Position numbers and translations under genes: made by a program
Assembly: GCA_041641295.1 (NCBI GenBank)
Contig: JBEPYO010000001.1
Coordinates: 1,088,001 to 1,152,000 of the forward strand
DNA length: 64,000 nucleotides
Direction of reading: 5' to 3'
DNA from: Nitrososphaerota archaeon
GTDB lineage: Archaea > Thermoproteota > Nitrososphaeria_A > Caldarchaeales > Calditenuaceae
In this document: piece after piece, positions 47,563 to 56,147 of the stretch
Position numbering within the stretch: the first letter of the stretch is position 1
Layout: each line of letters opens with the position of its first letter
The notes under the pieces: model-generated
The model's input: the letters and a program-made list of their open reading frames with translations, nothing else
Databases searched by the model: none
What the model was told of the DNA's origin: nothing

Positions 47563-48378
47563 ATGCAAGAGGCTTTATATGCGTCCGGGATAGCAGTCAG
47601 AAGATATTTTGTGGACGTCCACATAGACACAAAGAGGAGACACCACGTAGTATACGACGGCCAAGGAATTAGGAGGCTCGGTAGTTTAACGGATATTCCG
47701 GCTGAGAAAGGAGATGAGGTCTACGTAGACACTCTATTTGGAGCAATCTACGACGAAGTTCAAGAACTTTTGAAGAGAGGGGTAAGGGTGTTCGTCTTAA
47801 AGAGGACAGATATCCTTCCTCGGCTGAGAAGAGCAAACAACATTGAAAAGAGTCATGAAAATGATGCGAAGATTTTGTCAATGATAGACAGCACCTATTA
47901 CCATGAGATATGCGAAGATGAAATAAAACTAAGGGAACTAATAGTTGAATATAACAAATGTTTGAAGCTTCTGAAAATGATGCAGCAATTAAATGGAAAG
48001 TCTAAAGCCTTCAAGGAAGCTCAACTTATTATACGGAGAGAGAAAGCACGGCTCGCCAGAAGAATAAATAAGGTAGCTGAGAAAGCAATATCAAGCTATA
48101 ATAAAGTTTGCGACGCCCTCAAACTCTCCTACGGTAGTTTTTATGGGAGGGCAGCTCTCGCAGATATTCTGTTACACATTGACTTCGGTAGAGGTCTTCG
48201 TAAGATCTTAAGCTATTTGGGTCGTCATCAGCACAATCGAGGCCACTATAATGGGAGGCTGAAAAAAGTGTTGGAAAGCTTATCGATAAGCGTCTACAAA
48301 AAACAGAAGATTAGAGCACGAGAACAGGTCGAGATTCTAAAGACTATCAGGAGGATCTTGGCTGGCGGTCCGGCTTGA
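47563..48378 (+). CDS. IS110/Nop-like RuvC-fold protein, copy 2
   Basis: YFVDVH...VYVDT...GVRVFVL...KSHENDAKIL; aligns by eye to 4964-5857; TTATAAA at 47531 suggests a leaderless ATG 47563. Confidence 0.65.
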   Translation: MQEALYASGIAVRRYFVDVHIDTKRRHHVVYDGQGIRRLGSLTDIPAEKGDEVYVDTLFGAIYDEVQELLKRGVRVFVLKRTDILPRLRRANNIEKSHENDAKILSMIDSTYYHEICEDEIKLRELIVEYNKCLKLLKMMQQLNGKSKAFKEAQLIIRREKARLARRINKVAEKAISSYNKVCDALKLSYGSFYGRAALADILLHIDFGRGLRKILSYLGRHQHNRGHYNGRLKKVLESLSISVYKKQKIRAREQVEILKTIRRILAGGPA

Positions 48379-48516
48379 TGGAGGGAAAAGAGCCGTATGA
48401 ATGCCGGCACCGAGACCCTTATCGCTGAGAGCCATAGGCTCAAGGCGCCTACGGGTCTATTGCTAAGGCTTCATATGGCTCTCCCAGATATTGTCAGGCT
48501 GGTAACCGCCAGTCAA
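48358..48516 (+). ncRNA. ~160-nt rod-like hairpin RNA overlapping the 3' end of IS110-like copy 2
   Basis: TTGGCTGGCGGT/ACCGCCAGTCAA, CCGGCTTGATG/TGTCAGGCTGG, GAGCCGTATGAA/TTCATATGGCTC, AGACCC/GGGTCT, GAGCC/GGCTC; homologous to 5838-5997. Confidence 0.7.
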
Positions 48517-48670
48517 CTCTCGAGATCCCTCAATTATTTCTAATTAATTCTATCTGGCAGGGTTAAAGTTAGTGTAAAGGTTTATACGTATCAGATCAGA
48601 GTACGTAGTGGTGACCGGACTGCGACCTTCCGCGACCAGTTATGGGGGAAATAGGGGTGAGAATAGCTAG

Positions 48671-49006
48671 TTGAAAGTGCGAGTATACAGGGTCTCCTCC
48701 TACACCGACCCCGAGACCGGGAGGCCCGGCAAGATAATAGAGCTGGTGGAGGTCAGGAGGATCCAGCAGGCCAGCGCCCTAGGCACCGGTCCGGAGGAAT
48801 ATATAATGGCTCAGAGGCTACTCCAGAGCCTCATGGCGCAGCTCCAGAGCATGGGCTTAGTGCCACCTCAAAGGGACATAATCCTCCCAAAGCTAACCCT
48901 GATTCTGACCGAGGAGGAGTACGACCTGCTAGGTGTCAAGCTCGAGGTGAATGAGGAGTTCGACCTAGAGTTCAGGGACGGGAAGATAACGTTCAAGCCA
49001 GTGTAA
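48671..49006 (+). CDS. Arcadin-1 homologue
   Basis: DP.TG....IELVE...PKLTLILTEEEY...G..LEV.....LEF.DG.ITFKP resembles crenarchaeal arcadin-1 (recalled, not searched). Confidence 0.7.
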   Translation: MKVRVYRVSSYTDPETGRPGKIIELVEVRRIQQASALGTGPEEYIMAQRLLQSLMAQLQSMGLVPPQRDIILPKLTLILTEEEYDLLGVKLEVNEEFDLEFRDGKITFKPV

Positions 49007-49022
49007 CCTACCGCGGGTGCCT

Positions 49023-49172
49023 ATGCCTAGGATATTTTTCAAGTGTATAATCTGCCGCGAGGAGAGGGAGGCGGTGATCGTCTTCGAGAAGGGCGAGTAT
49101 CTACAGGTCACGTGTGAGAGGGGGCATACACAGTTCATAAACAAGAAGGAGGCGCGCATCACCGGTGGGTGA
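49023..49172 (+). CDS. Small zinc-ribbon protein (49 aa)
   Basis: MPRIFFKCIICREEREAVIVFEKGEYLQVTCERGHTQFINKKEARITGG; CxxC...CxxGH; missed by the ORF track. Confidence 0.65.
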   Translation: MPRIFFKCIICREEREAVIVFEKGEYLQVTCERGHTQFINKKEARITGG

Positions 49173-50886
49173 AGATGTATAGGCCTGGTCCATCCTTCAC
49201 ACAGTAGCCGAAGCGCTCAAACTGGACGACAGTTCCCAAGGCTATCTTGGTCTCGTATGGCTCGACGAGTCCTTCAACGGTCTTCAGGCTCTCGGTGTTC
49301 AGCTCCTCTCCGCGGAAGAGCTGGTCCGGAATAAGCACCCTCAGCTTTGACGCGCCCTCGGGAACCCACTGGATCACTTGAAGCCCAGGCTCGGGGCCTC
49401 CCTCCTCGGCCTCGCAGATAAGGGCATCACCGTCCAAGCCTAGGACCTTGAGGTTTACAAAGTATTTGAGCCTGAACCTGTCGCCGGGTTTGAGGTTCTC
49501 GGCGTCGCTGCCCGGAATGTACACGGTCTCGCCAACCTCGATGGTCCTGCTCCCCATATCCGTGGACGGGTGGAGCGGTGCTGTAACGAGTCTCCTATGA
49601 GCCTCCCTGATGATTACCTTACGCGGGCTCGGTGTGAAGAAGAGCCTAGGTGTTTTCGGGTCCAGTATCTTCCTGTTGATTGCGTAGAGTAGCTCCCATG
49701 AGTAGAGCTTCCTGCTGGGAGTGAGGGCGACGTAGGACTTGACGAACTCCTTTAATGCCTCTGGCGATATGCCCCTCCTCCTGGCCGAAGTTACTGTGCC
49801 TAGCCTCGGGTCATCCCAGCCCTCCACGACCCCGCGCTCAATCAGCTCCCTAATCTTCCTCCTAGAGAGTGGTGTGCCCTCGAACTCGAACCTAGAGTAC
49901 TCTACGTAGACAGGGTTCTTCAGCCCCAATCTCTCGCGTATGGCGTCTTGGAGGGCGTCCCGGAACATGAACTCTGACGTCCTTAAGACGTGTGTGACTC
50001 CGCAGACAGCGTCTTGGATTGCGACGGCGAAGTCGTAGGTGGGCCAGACGATGTATCTATCACCCTTAAGGGGGTGTGGGTGGTCGACTATTCTGAATAG
50101 GACTGGATCTCTGAGGGCGGTGTTCTGGCTCTGAGGGTCTCCCGCGAACCTCACAACTGCCTCGCCCTCTGACATTGCGCCTGAGAGCATCTCATCCCAC
50201 TTATCTAGGTGCCATGAAGTGTCCATTGAGCGGTGGCTACAGGCCACTCCCTTAGACCTCTGCTTCGCCATCTCCTCCTTGCTGCAGCTGCAGACGTAGA
50301 GGTGTCCACCCTCAAACAGCCGCCTAGCGTACTCGTAGTAGAGCTCCATGTCGTCGCTGTTGTTTTTCTCCGCATCCCACTTGACGCCACACCACCTATA
50401 CCCTTCCCTGTAGGAGTCGTAGTATTCGGCCCTCACCTTCCTAGGGTTGGTGTCCTCAAACCTGAGCCAGAGGAATCCGCGATATCTCTCCCTGTAGAGG
50501 TAGTTTATGATTCCGTGGAATGCGTGTCCCAGGTGCATGTAGCCGCTCGGCTCAGGCGGTAGGCGTAGAACCACTGCACCCTCAATAGCGGCTGGAAGGT
50601 CAGGTAGCTGTCTCTCCACTTCCCTCCTAGGCTTCTCTGCTAGGAGGTGTGGAGCTATCTCGGACAGCGAGACCTCGATGGTCTGTAAATCCAGCGAGTT
50701 TACCCATGCAACAGCCTCCTTAACGGCCTCGACTACTTGGCTCACGACGCTCTTGGCGGCCGGTATTTCTGCAATAACCTTAGACACGACAGGTCCGACT
50801 TGTGCCTTCCCATCGTGATCGAAGGCGTTTTTAAGAGCCCATTTTAGAGCTGCCCGCTTGACCTCTTCGAGGCTAACCGTGCCCAT
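49159..50886 (-). CDS. gltX: Glutamyl-tRNA synthetase (archaeal type)
   Basis: PPEPSGYMHLGH (HIGH), RFEDTNP, WPTYDF, GVTHVLR, GWDDPRL, QFERFGY. Confidence 0.95.
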   Translation of the reverse strand: MGTVSLEEVKRAALKWALKNAFDHDGKAQVGPVVSKVIAEIPAAKSVVSQVVEAVKEAVAWVNSLDLQTIEVSLSEIAPHLLAEKPRREVERQLPDLPAAIEGAVVLRLPPEPSGYMHLGHAFHGIINYLYRERYRGFLWLRFEDTNPRKVRAEYYDSYREGYRWCGVKWDAEKNNSDDMELYYEYARRLFEGGHLYVCSCSKEEMAKQRSKGVACSHRSMDTSWHLDKWDEMLSGAMSEGEAVVRFAGDPQSQNTALRDPVLFRIVDHPHPLKGDRYIVWPTYDFAVAIQDAVCGVTHVLRTSEFMFRDALQDAIRERLGLKNPVYVEYSRFEFEGTPLSRRKIRELIERGVVEGWDDPRLGTVTSARRRGISPEALKEFVKSYVALTPSRKLYSWELLYAINRKILDPKTPRLFFTPSPRKVIIREAHRRLVTAPLHPSTDMGSRTIEVGETVYIPGSDAENLKPGDRFRLKYFVNLKVLGLDGDALICEAEEGGPEPGLQVIQWVPEGASKLRVLIPDQLFRGEELNTESLKTVEGLVEPYETKIALGTVVQFERFGYCVKDGPGLYIFTHR

Positions 50887-52108
50887 GAGCCATCGCGGAC
50901 TGTATCTTCACCACGTCCCTATCCTTCAGCCTATAGTCTGCGGGGAGTCTGAGACCTGTCCTCGCGTCTATGGCGTAGAGGAGGCCCTTGGCCAGGTCCT
51001 TGTGAATCCTCTCGGCTAGGTCCCTGACAGTCGAGTTGGGTGGCATGAGTATAGCATCTGGCAGAACGTTCCCCCGCGTATCGGCATACTTCGTGATGTC
51101 CGCGACTGGGTAAACCACATTCATCCCCAAGAGCTTGAATACCGCGGTGTTGATGGCGAACTGTACGCCAGTCCTCATATACCTCCCCAGTATCCGCTCG
51201 TTAATCATCTCCAAGGCCCAGAGCTGCTGCTGTGTCAGCATAGACCTGTTTACTATCTGGAACTTCTCCTCGCCGGGGAGGTACTTGATCAACCCCTTCT
51301 GCTCAGCCCGCCTCAGTATGAGCTCCGCCTCCGCGCTGCACGGCACGACTATCTTGTCAGGAAACCTCTCCTGAAGCTCTCTGTAAAACTTCTCCGACCC
51401 CTCAATATCCATCTTGTTGGCAATGATTATTGTGGGCTTGGACACCTCCCTAAGCGTCTCGCTGAACTTCCTATCATCCATCATGCTCCAGTTGTCAAAC
51501 TCCTTTTCCTTGAGCCCGCTCCTCGCAAGGGCCTCCTCGACGTGCTGCTGTGTAATCTTCATACCTTTGAGCGGCTCAGAGAGGGCCTCAGCCAGGCTCT
51601 TCCCAGTCTTAATTGTCTTTGAGATCCTATCCTGATTCCGCTCTATAATCTTCATCAGCCAAATCACTATTTCCTCCTCTATGTCGAAAACATCGGCCAC
51701 CGGGTTACCTTTACCCGGCTCTGTGAGCCTTCCCTCCTCGTCAACACTTCCAGACGCGTCCACTACGTGGAGGAGGGCGTCGGCCTGTGCGGCGACTGAG
51801 AGGAACTGGTTCCCAAGCCCCTTCCCAGCCCACGCACCCTTAATCAGGCCCGGAAGGTCAACTATCTCGATAGGAATATGCCTCCACCCCTCTCTACAAT
51901 ACGAGTTCCTAGGATTACACTTCACCCCCAACTCAACATCCACGCAAGGAGTAACAGCGTAGCACGAGCCTACGTTAGGAGCCTTAGTGGTAAATGGATA
52001 TGTTGAGATCTCTGCGGAGAGCAGGGTGGCCGCGTTGAAGAACGTCGTCTTACCAGTGTTTGTCTTACCTATCAGCCCAATCTTAATCAACCGAATACCC
52101 CTTACCAC
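50873..52108 (-). CDS. ychF: YchF/Obg-family translation-associated NTPase with TGS domain
   Basis: GKTNTGKTT, YPFTT, DLPGL, GLGNQFL, NKMD, C-terminal TGS domain. Confidence 0.88.
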   Translation of the reverse strand: MVRGIRLIKIGLIGKTNTGKTTFFNAATLLSAEISTYPFTTKAPNVGSCYAVTPCVDVELGVKCNPRNSYCREGWRHIPIEIVDLPGLIKGAWAGKGLGNQFLSVAAQADALLHVVDASGSVDEEGRLTEPGKGNPVADVFDIEEEIVIWLMKIIERNQDRISKTIKTGKSLAEALSEPLKGMKITQQHVEEALARSGLKEKEFDNWSMMDDRKFSETLREVSKPTIIIANKMDIEGSEKFYRELQERFPDKIVVPCSAEAELILRRAEQKGLIKYLPGEEKFQIVNRSMLTQQQLWALEMINERILGRYMRTGVQFAINTAVFKLLGMNVVYPVADITKYADTRGNVLPDAILMPPNSTVRDLAERIHKDLAKGLLYAIDARTGLRLPADYRLKDRDVVKIQSAMAHGHG

Positions 52109-52261
52109 CAGATTGTCGCCGCTGAGAGAAAAACCTTCCCCGCCACTTCACCGCTTCAAGCCCCTTAGATGAGCTGGTTGGACCAGGCCTCGGCGTGTGT
52201 GGATTCAAGTCCTCCAAAATAATCTCTTTGAAAACCCATAAATACGGCTACAAATATAAAG

Positions 52262-53293
52262 TTGTTGAGAATGCCCACTATCAGCCCATTCATCATCTAC
52301 ATACTCAGAAAGGGCTTATTCATCATAGCCACCTTCTTCGCCTTCCTCTTGGTGATATTTGCGCTGCCGAGGGCTATTCCTGGCAACCCAGTCGCAGCAC
52401 TACTCACGCAGATATTCCAGCAGGCTCAAGCGAACCCCGATACGGTCAAGGCAGTCTACCGGAAATTCATGGAGGAGTTTGGACTGTATAAACCGCTGCA
52501 TGAGCAGCTCTTCGACTTCCTCTCCCGCTTGATGGTGGGAGATCTGGGAACTTCAATCGCGTTCTATCCGAGAAAGGTTGCTGATCTTGTAGCGTCTTAT
52601 CTTCCTTGGACGCTTGGTCTTTTAATCCCTGCTATTCTTGTTGCTTGGGTTCTTGGGAACCTGTTGGGCGCGTGGGCCGCATACCGGAGGAGGACGAGGG
52701 TTGATAATGCCCTCCTCCCGGTCTTTCTCGTGCTTTCACAGGTCCCATACTACTGGCTCGCCATGATTCTACTGTATACATTCGCGGTAACGGCGCGCAT
52801 ATTCCCTGTAGCGGGGGCATATCCGCCGGCAATGCAACCATCTCTCACACCAGCCTTCATACTTGCAATGCTACACCACTATACGCTGCCGTTCCTATCA
52901 ATCGTTGTCGTGGCTATCGGTGGCTGGGCGATAGGGATGAGGGTCTTGGTAATATATGAGCTCAGGTCAGACTATGTTGAGTACAGCGAGCTTCTCGGCC
53001 TCAGCGACAAGAAAATACTGGGTTACGTGTTTAGGAACTCCATCCTCCCGCAGATTACTGGTCTCGCCCTCTCGATGGGTACGGTTATGGGTGGGGCGCT
53101 GATAACTGAGCTCGTCTTCTCATACCCGGGCACCGGTTACCTATTGTTTAGGGCCCTCTCCACACTGGACTATCCCCTGATTCAGGGAACTTTCATAATC
53201 CTTGTCTCAACACTGCTCGCGGCCAACCTGATAGTGGACATCCTCTACGCATACATTGACCCGAGAATCAGGGTCAGCTACGTGGGTGACTGA
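52262..53293 (+). CDS. Peptide/oligosaccharide ABC transporter permease (DppB-like)
   Basis: PGNPV, GDLGTSI, ITELVFSYPGTG, DYPLIQG, IDPRIR. Confidence 0.9.
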   Translation: MLRMPTISPFIIYILRKGLFIIATFFAFLLVIFALPRAIPGNPVAALLTQIFQQAQANPDTVKAVYRKFMEEFGLYKPLHEQLFDFLSRLMVGDLGTSIAFYPRKVADLVASYLPWTLGLLIPAILVAWVLGNLLGAWAAYRRRTRVDNALLPVFLVLSQVPYYWLAMILLYTFAVTARIFPVAGAYPPAMQPSLTPAFILAMLHHYTLPFLSIVVVAIGGWAIGMRVLVIYELRSDYVEYSELLGLSDKKILGYVFRNSILPQITGLALSMGTVMGGALITELVFSYPGTGYLLFRALSTLDYPLIQGTFIILVSTLLAANLIVDILYAYIDPRIRVSYVGD

Positions 53294-53298
53294 GAAGG

Positions 53299-54153
53299 AT
53301 GCTCCGAAGCGTATCCAAGATTATCACACCCGAGCTCTTCACCATAAAGAAACTCGACGCCAGCCTCGCAGTCCTCTTGACAGTCTTTGCCCTAGGCTTT
53401 GTAGGTCCGACAGTTTATACGGTCCAGCCCACTGCGGTGGTTGGGCCTCTAGAATCACCGCCCTCAAGTCTATATCCACTCGGGACCGATGCATACGGCA
53501 AGGATGTCCTCGCCCAGCTCATGGCAGGTATTAGGGGCTCTCTCCAGATAGGTGCTACCGCTGCGGCGATAGCGCTCCTCATAGGCGTTCTGATCGGATT
53601 GATGGCGGGCTATAAGGGTAAGATTATCGATAACCTCTTGATGATGCTGACCGATATAGTGCTCCTTCTCCCCTCGATATTGTTGATGATCTTGGTTGCT
53701 GCGTACTTCAAGTGGAGAGATCCTCTGCTTGTCTCCATTATTATCGGGGTTACTTCTTGGCCTTGGGTTGCTAGGGCGGTTAGGTCTCAGACACTCAGCC
53801 TCAAGAATAGAGAGTTTGTCAACCTCTCGAAGATGGCGGGTCTAAGCGACTTCCAGATAGTCATCAGGGACATACTCCCAAACATCGCGTCCTACATCTT
53901 CATGGCCTATGTACTCTTGATGTCGGGCGCCATGATAGCTGAGACTGGCTTAAGCATGATAGGTCTCGGAACCACCCAGGGCGTTACGCTTGGAAACATA
54001 CTTTTCTGGGCCCAGGTCTTGGAGGCTGTGAGGAGGGGGCTCTGGTGGTGGTTCATCCCGCCTGGAGCAACGTTGGTGGCCTTGGCTGCTTCCCTCCTGA
54101 TGATAGCTACTGCGTTGGACGAGTACTTCAACCCGAGACTGCGAGGGAGCTAG
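53299..54153 (+). CDS. ABC transporter permease (DppC-like)
   Basis: LGTDAYGKD, ARAVRSQTLSLKNREFV, WWWFIPPG, NPRLR. Confidence 0.9.
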   Translation: MLRSVSKIITPELFTIKKLDASLAVLLTVFALGFVGPTVYTVQPTAVVGPLESPPSSLYPLGTDAYGKDVLAQLMAGIRGSLQIGATAAAIALLIGVLIGLMAGYKGKIIDNLLMMLTDIVLLLPSILLMILVAAYFKWRDPLLVSIIIGVTSWPWVARAVRSQTLSLKNREFVNLSKMAGLSDFQIVIRDILPNIASYIFMAYVLLMSGAMIAETGLSMIGLGTTQGVTLGNILFWAQVLEAVRRGLWWWFIPPGATLVALAASLLMIATALDEYFNPRLRGS

Positions 54154-55140
54154 ATGTCGGAGCCCTTGCTCCTAGGCCTCGGTCTCCGAGCGTCGTATTT
54201 TCTGCGGCTAGGGGAGGTTAGGGCGGTAGATGGCGTCGACATAGAAGTTCCCCGGGACGCCGTGGTGGGTCTGGCGGGAGAGTCGGGGTGCGGTAAGTCC
54301 ACGCTCGTCAATGTACTGCTAGCCAATATTAGGCCGCCGCTGCGGGTGAAGTCAGGCAAAGTACTACTAGATGGTGTCGACCTCCTATCGGTAAGTAGGG
54401 AGGAGGTTAGAAAGAAGATTTGGGGGGTGAAAGTCTCCTACGTCCCACAATCTGCTCTAAACGCCCTCAACCCCACCAAGCGCATAATCGAGCTGGTCAA
54501 GGACGCCATAACACAGCATACACCCGCGACCGATCAAGAGGTTGTCTCCCTATGCAAGAGGAGGCTTGAAGAACTGAACCTCCCAACCGACAGCATCCAC
54601 AAGTATCCACACGAGCTTTCAGGGGGCATGAGGCAGAGGGTCATAATAGCTATATCGACGCTCCTAAACCCAAGGCTGCTTATCGTCGATGAGCCTACCT
54701 CGGCGCTTGACGTCTCGACCCAGAAGCAGGTATTGAAAATGATGCTGGATATGAAGAGGAACAGGATAATCGATAGTATATTGTTTGTTACGCATGAGCT
54801 TCCAGTCTTAAGGCAGGTGGCCTCCCACGTCTACATAATGTATGCTGGCAAGATAGTAGAATATGGGCCCGCCGACTCCGTCTTCTTCAATCCTCTCCAC
54901 CCATACACCAAGGCCCTGATGTACTCTGTGATGACTCCTGAGCCAGAGAGCCGCGAGAGGGGGCTTGTAACAATTCCGGGCGAACCTCCCAGCCTGATAA
55001 TGCCACCTCAGGGCTGCAGATTCCATCCCCGCTGCCCATACGTAATGGATATTTGCAGGAGGAGTGAGCCGAGGCTTGTACCTCTTGGTGAGGGGCGGGG
55101 AGTTGCGTGCTTCCTACACCACTCGGAGGTGGCTGGCTGA
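54154..55140 (+). CDS. ABC transporter ATPase (DppD-like)
   Basis: GESGCGKST, YPHELSGGMRQR, HPYT, GCRFHPRCP. Confidence 0.92.
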   Translation: MSEPLLLGLGLRASYFLRLGEVRAVDGVDIEVPRDAVVGLAGESGCGKSTLVNVLLANIRPPLRVKSGKVLLDGVDLLSVSREEVRKKIWGVKVSYVPQSALNALNPTKRIIELVKDAITQHTPATDQEVVSLCKRRLEELNLPTDSIHKYPHELSGGMRQRVIIAISTLLNPRLLIVDEPTSALDVSTQKQVLKMMLDMKRNRIIDSILFVTHELPVLRQVASHVYIMYAGKIVEYGPADSVFFNPLHPYTKALMYSVMTPEPESRERGLVTIPGEPPSLIMPPQGCRFHPRCPYVMDICRRSEPRLVPLGEGRGVACFLHHSEVAG

Positions 55141-55143
55141 GAG

Positions 55144-55932
55144 ATGCTAGAGGTCAAGAATCTGAGTAAGGTCTTCACAGTAGGGCTCTTCAGCAGACAC
55201 AGGATAGAGGCTGTGAAGAATGTTTCAATGAGGGTTGACAGGGGTGAGATAGTCTCGCTTGTCGGCGAGAGCGGCTCAGGGAAGACGACGCTCTGCCGAA
55301 TGATTCTCAGACTCCTAGAACCAACATCCGGCTCCATCATATACGACGGCGTTGACGTCACTAGGCTGAAGGGGAAGAAGCTGAAATGGTATTGGAGGAA
55401 GGTTCACGGAGTATTTCAAGACCCCTACGCCGCATTCCATCCATTCTACCGCGTGGAACGCATACTCTACCAAGCCTTCAACCTACTACCAGACGTCAGC
55501 GAGGAGGAGAAGAAGACCCGCGTACACGAGGCTCTAAAGATGGTTGGACTCAACCCCAGCGAGGTTCTCGGCAAATATCCGCACGAGCTTTCGGGAGGAA
55601 TGCGGCAGAGAATAGCCATCGCGAGGTGCTTCATCCTCAACCCCGAGCTAATAGTGGCTGACGAGCCAGTATCGATGCTGGATGCCTCCACGCGTATAGG
55701 CATAGTCAAGCTCTTCAGCGACATGAGAGATAGGCTCAACTCATCCGTGATATTTGTGACCCATGATATAGGGCTCGCATACGTGGTTAGCGATAGGGTG
55801 TTGATAATGTATAAGGGGGTGATCGTGGAGGAGGGCGACCCTATCACTGTGATGGAGAACCCGAGCCACCCGTATACGAGGCGCCTAAGGGAGGATGTCC
55901 CCCTACTATACCGGAAGTGGGAGGGATTCTAG
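55144..55932 (+). CDS. ABC transporter ATPase (DppF-like)
   Basis: GESGSGKTT, FQDPY, LSGGMRQR, DEPVSMLDAS. Confidence 0.92.
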   Translation: MLEVKNLSKVFTVGLFSRHRIEAVKNVSMRVDRGEIVSLVGESGSGKTTLCRMILRLLEPTSGSIIYDGVDVTRLKGKKLKWYWRKVHGVFQDPYAAFHPFYRVERILYQAFNLLPDVSEEEKKTRVHEALKMVGLNPSEVLGKYPHELSGGMRQRIAIARCFILNPELIVADEPVSMLDASTRIGIVKLFSDMRDRLNSSVIFVTHDIGLAYVVSDRVLIMYKGVIVEEGDPITVMENPSHPYTRRLREDVPLLYRKWEGF

Positions 55933-56147
55933 ACGTTTTGTCCTCTCCATTTATCGAGAGAGCCCTGCTCACGATCCTAGTATGGGGCCTACTCTTAGAG
56001 GTCTTTGGTGTTATAGTTCTGAGTAGCCAGCCTTGGAGGTTCGAGTTCTCATATCTTGTCATATTATTGGTAATAACGCTGGCATCAATAGTGCTGATAG
56101 TTTCAAGACTAAGGAAAAAATATAGTGTAGGCTTGCAGGCTAGCTAG
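55917..56147 (+). CDS. Small two-TM membrane protein
   Basis: 76 aa, two hydrophobic helices, basic tail; overlaps the end of the ATPase gene. Confidence 0.55.
   Translation: MGGILDVLSSPFIERALLTILVWGLLLEVFGVIVLSSQPWRFEFSYLVILLVITLASIVLIVSRLRKKYSVGLQAS

Noticed and set aside
48390-48401. GAGCCGTATG resembling group II intron domain V
   Set aside because: No GNRA-capped 34-nt domain V or AC bulge, absent from the homologous copy 1 RNA, and no reverse transcriptase nearby
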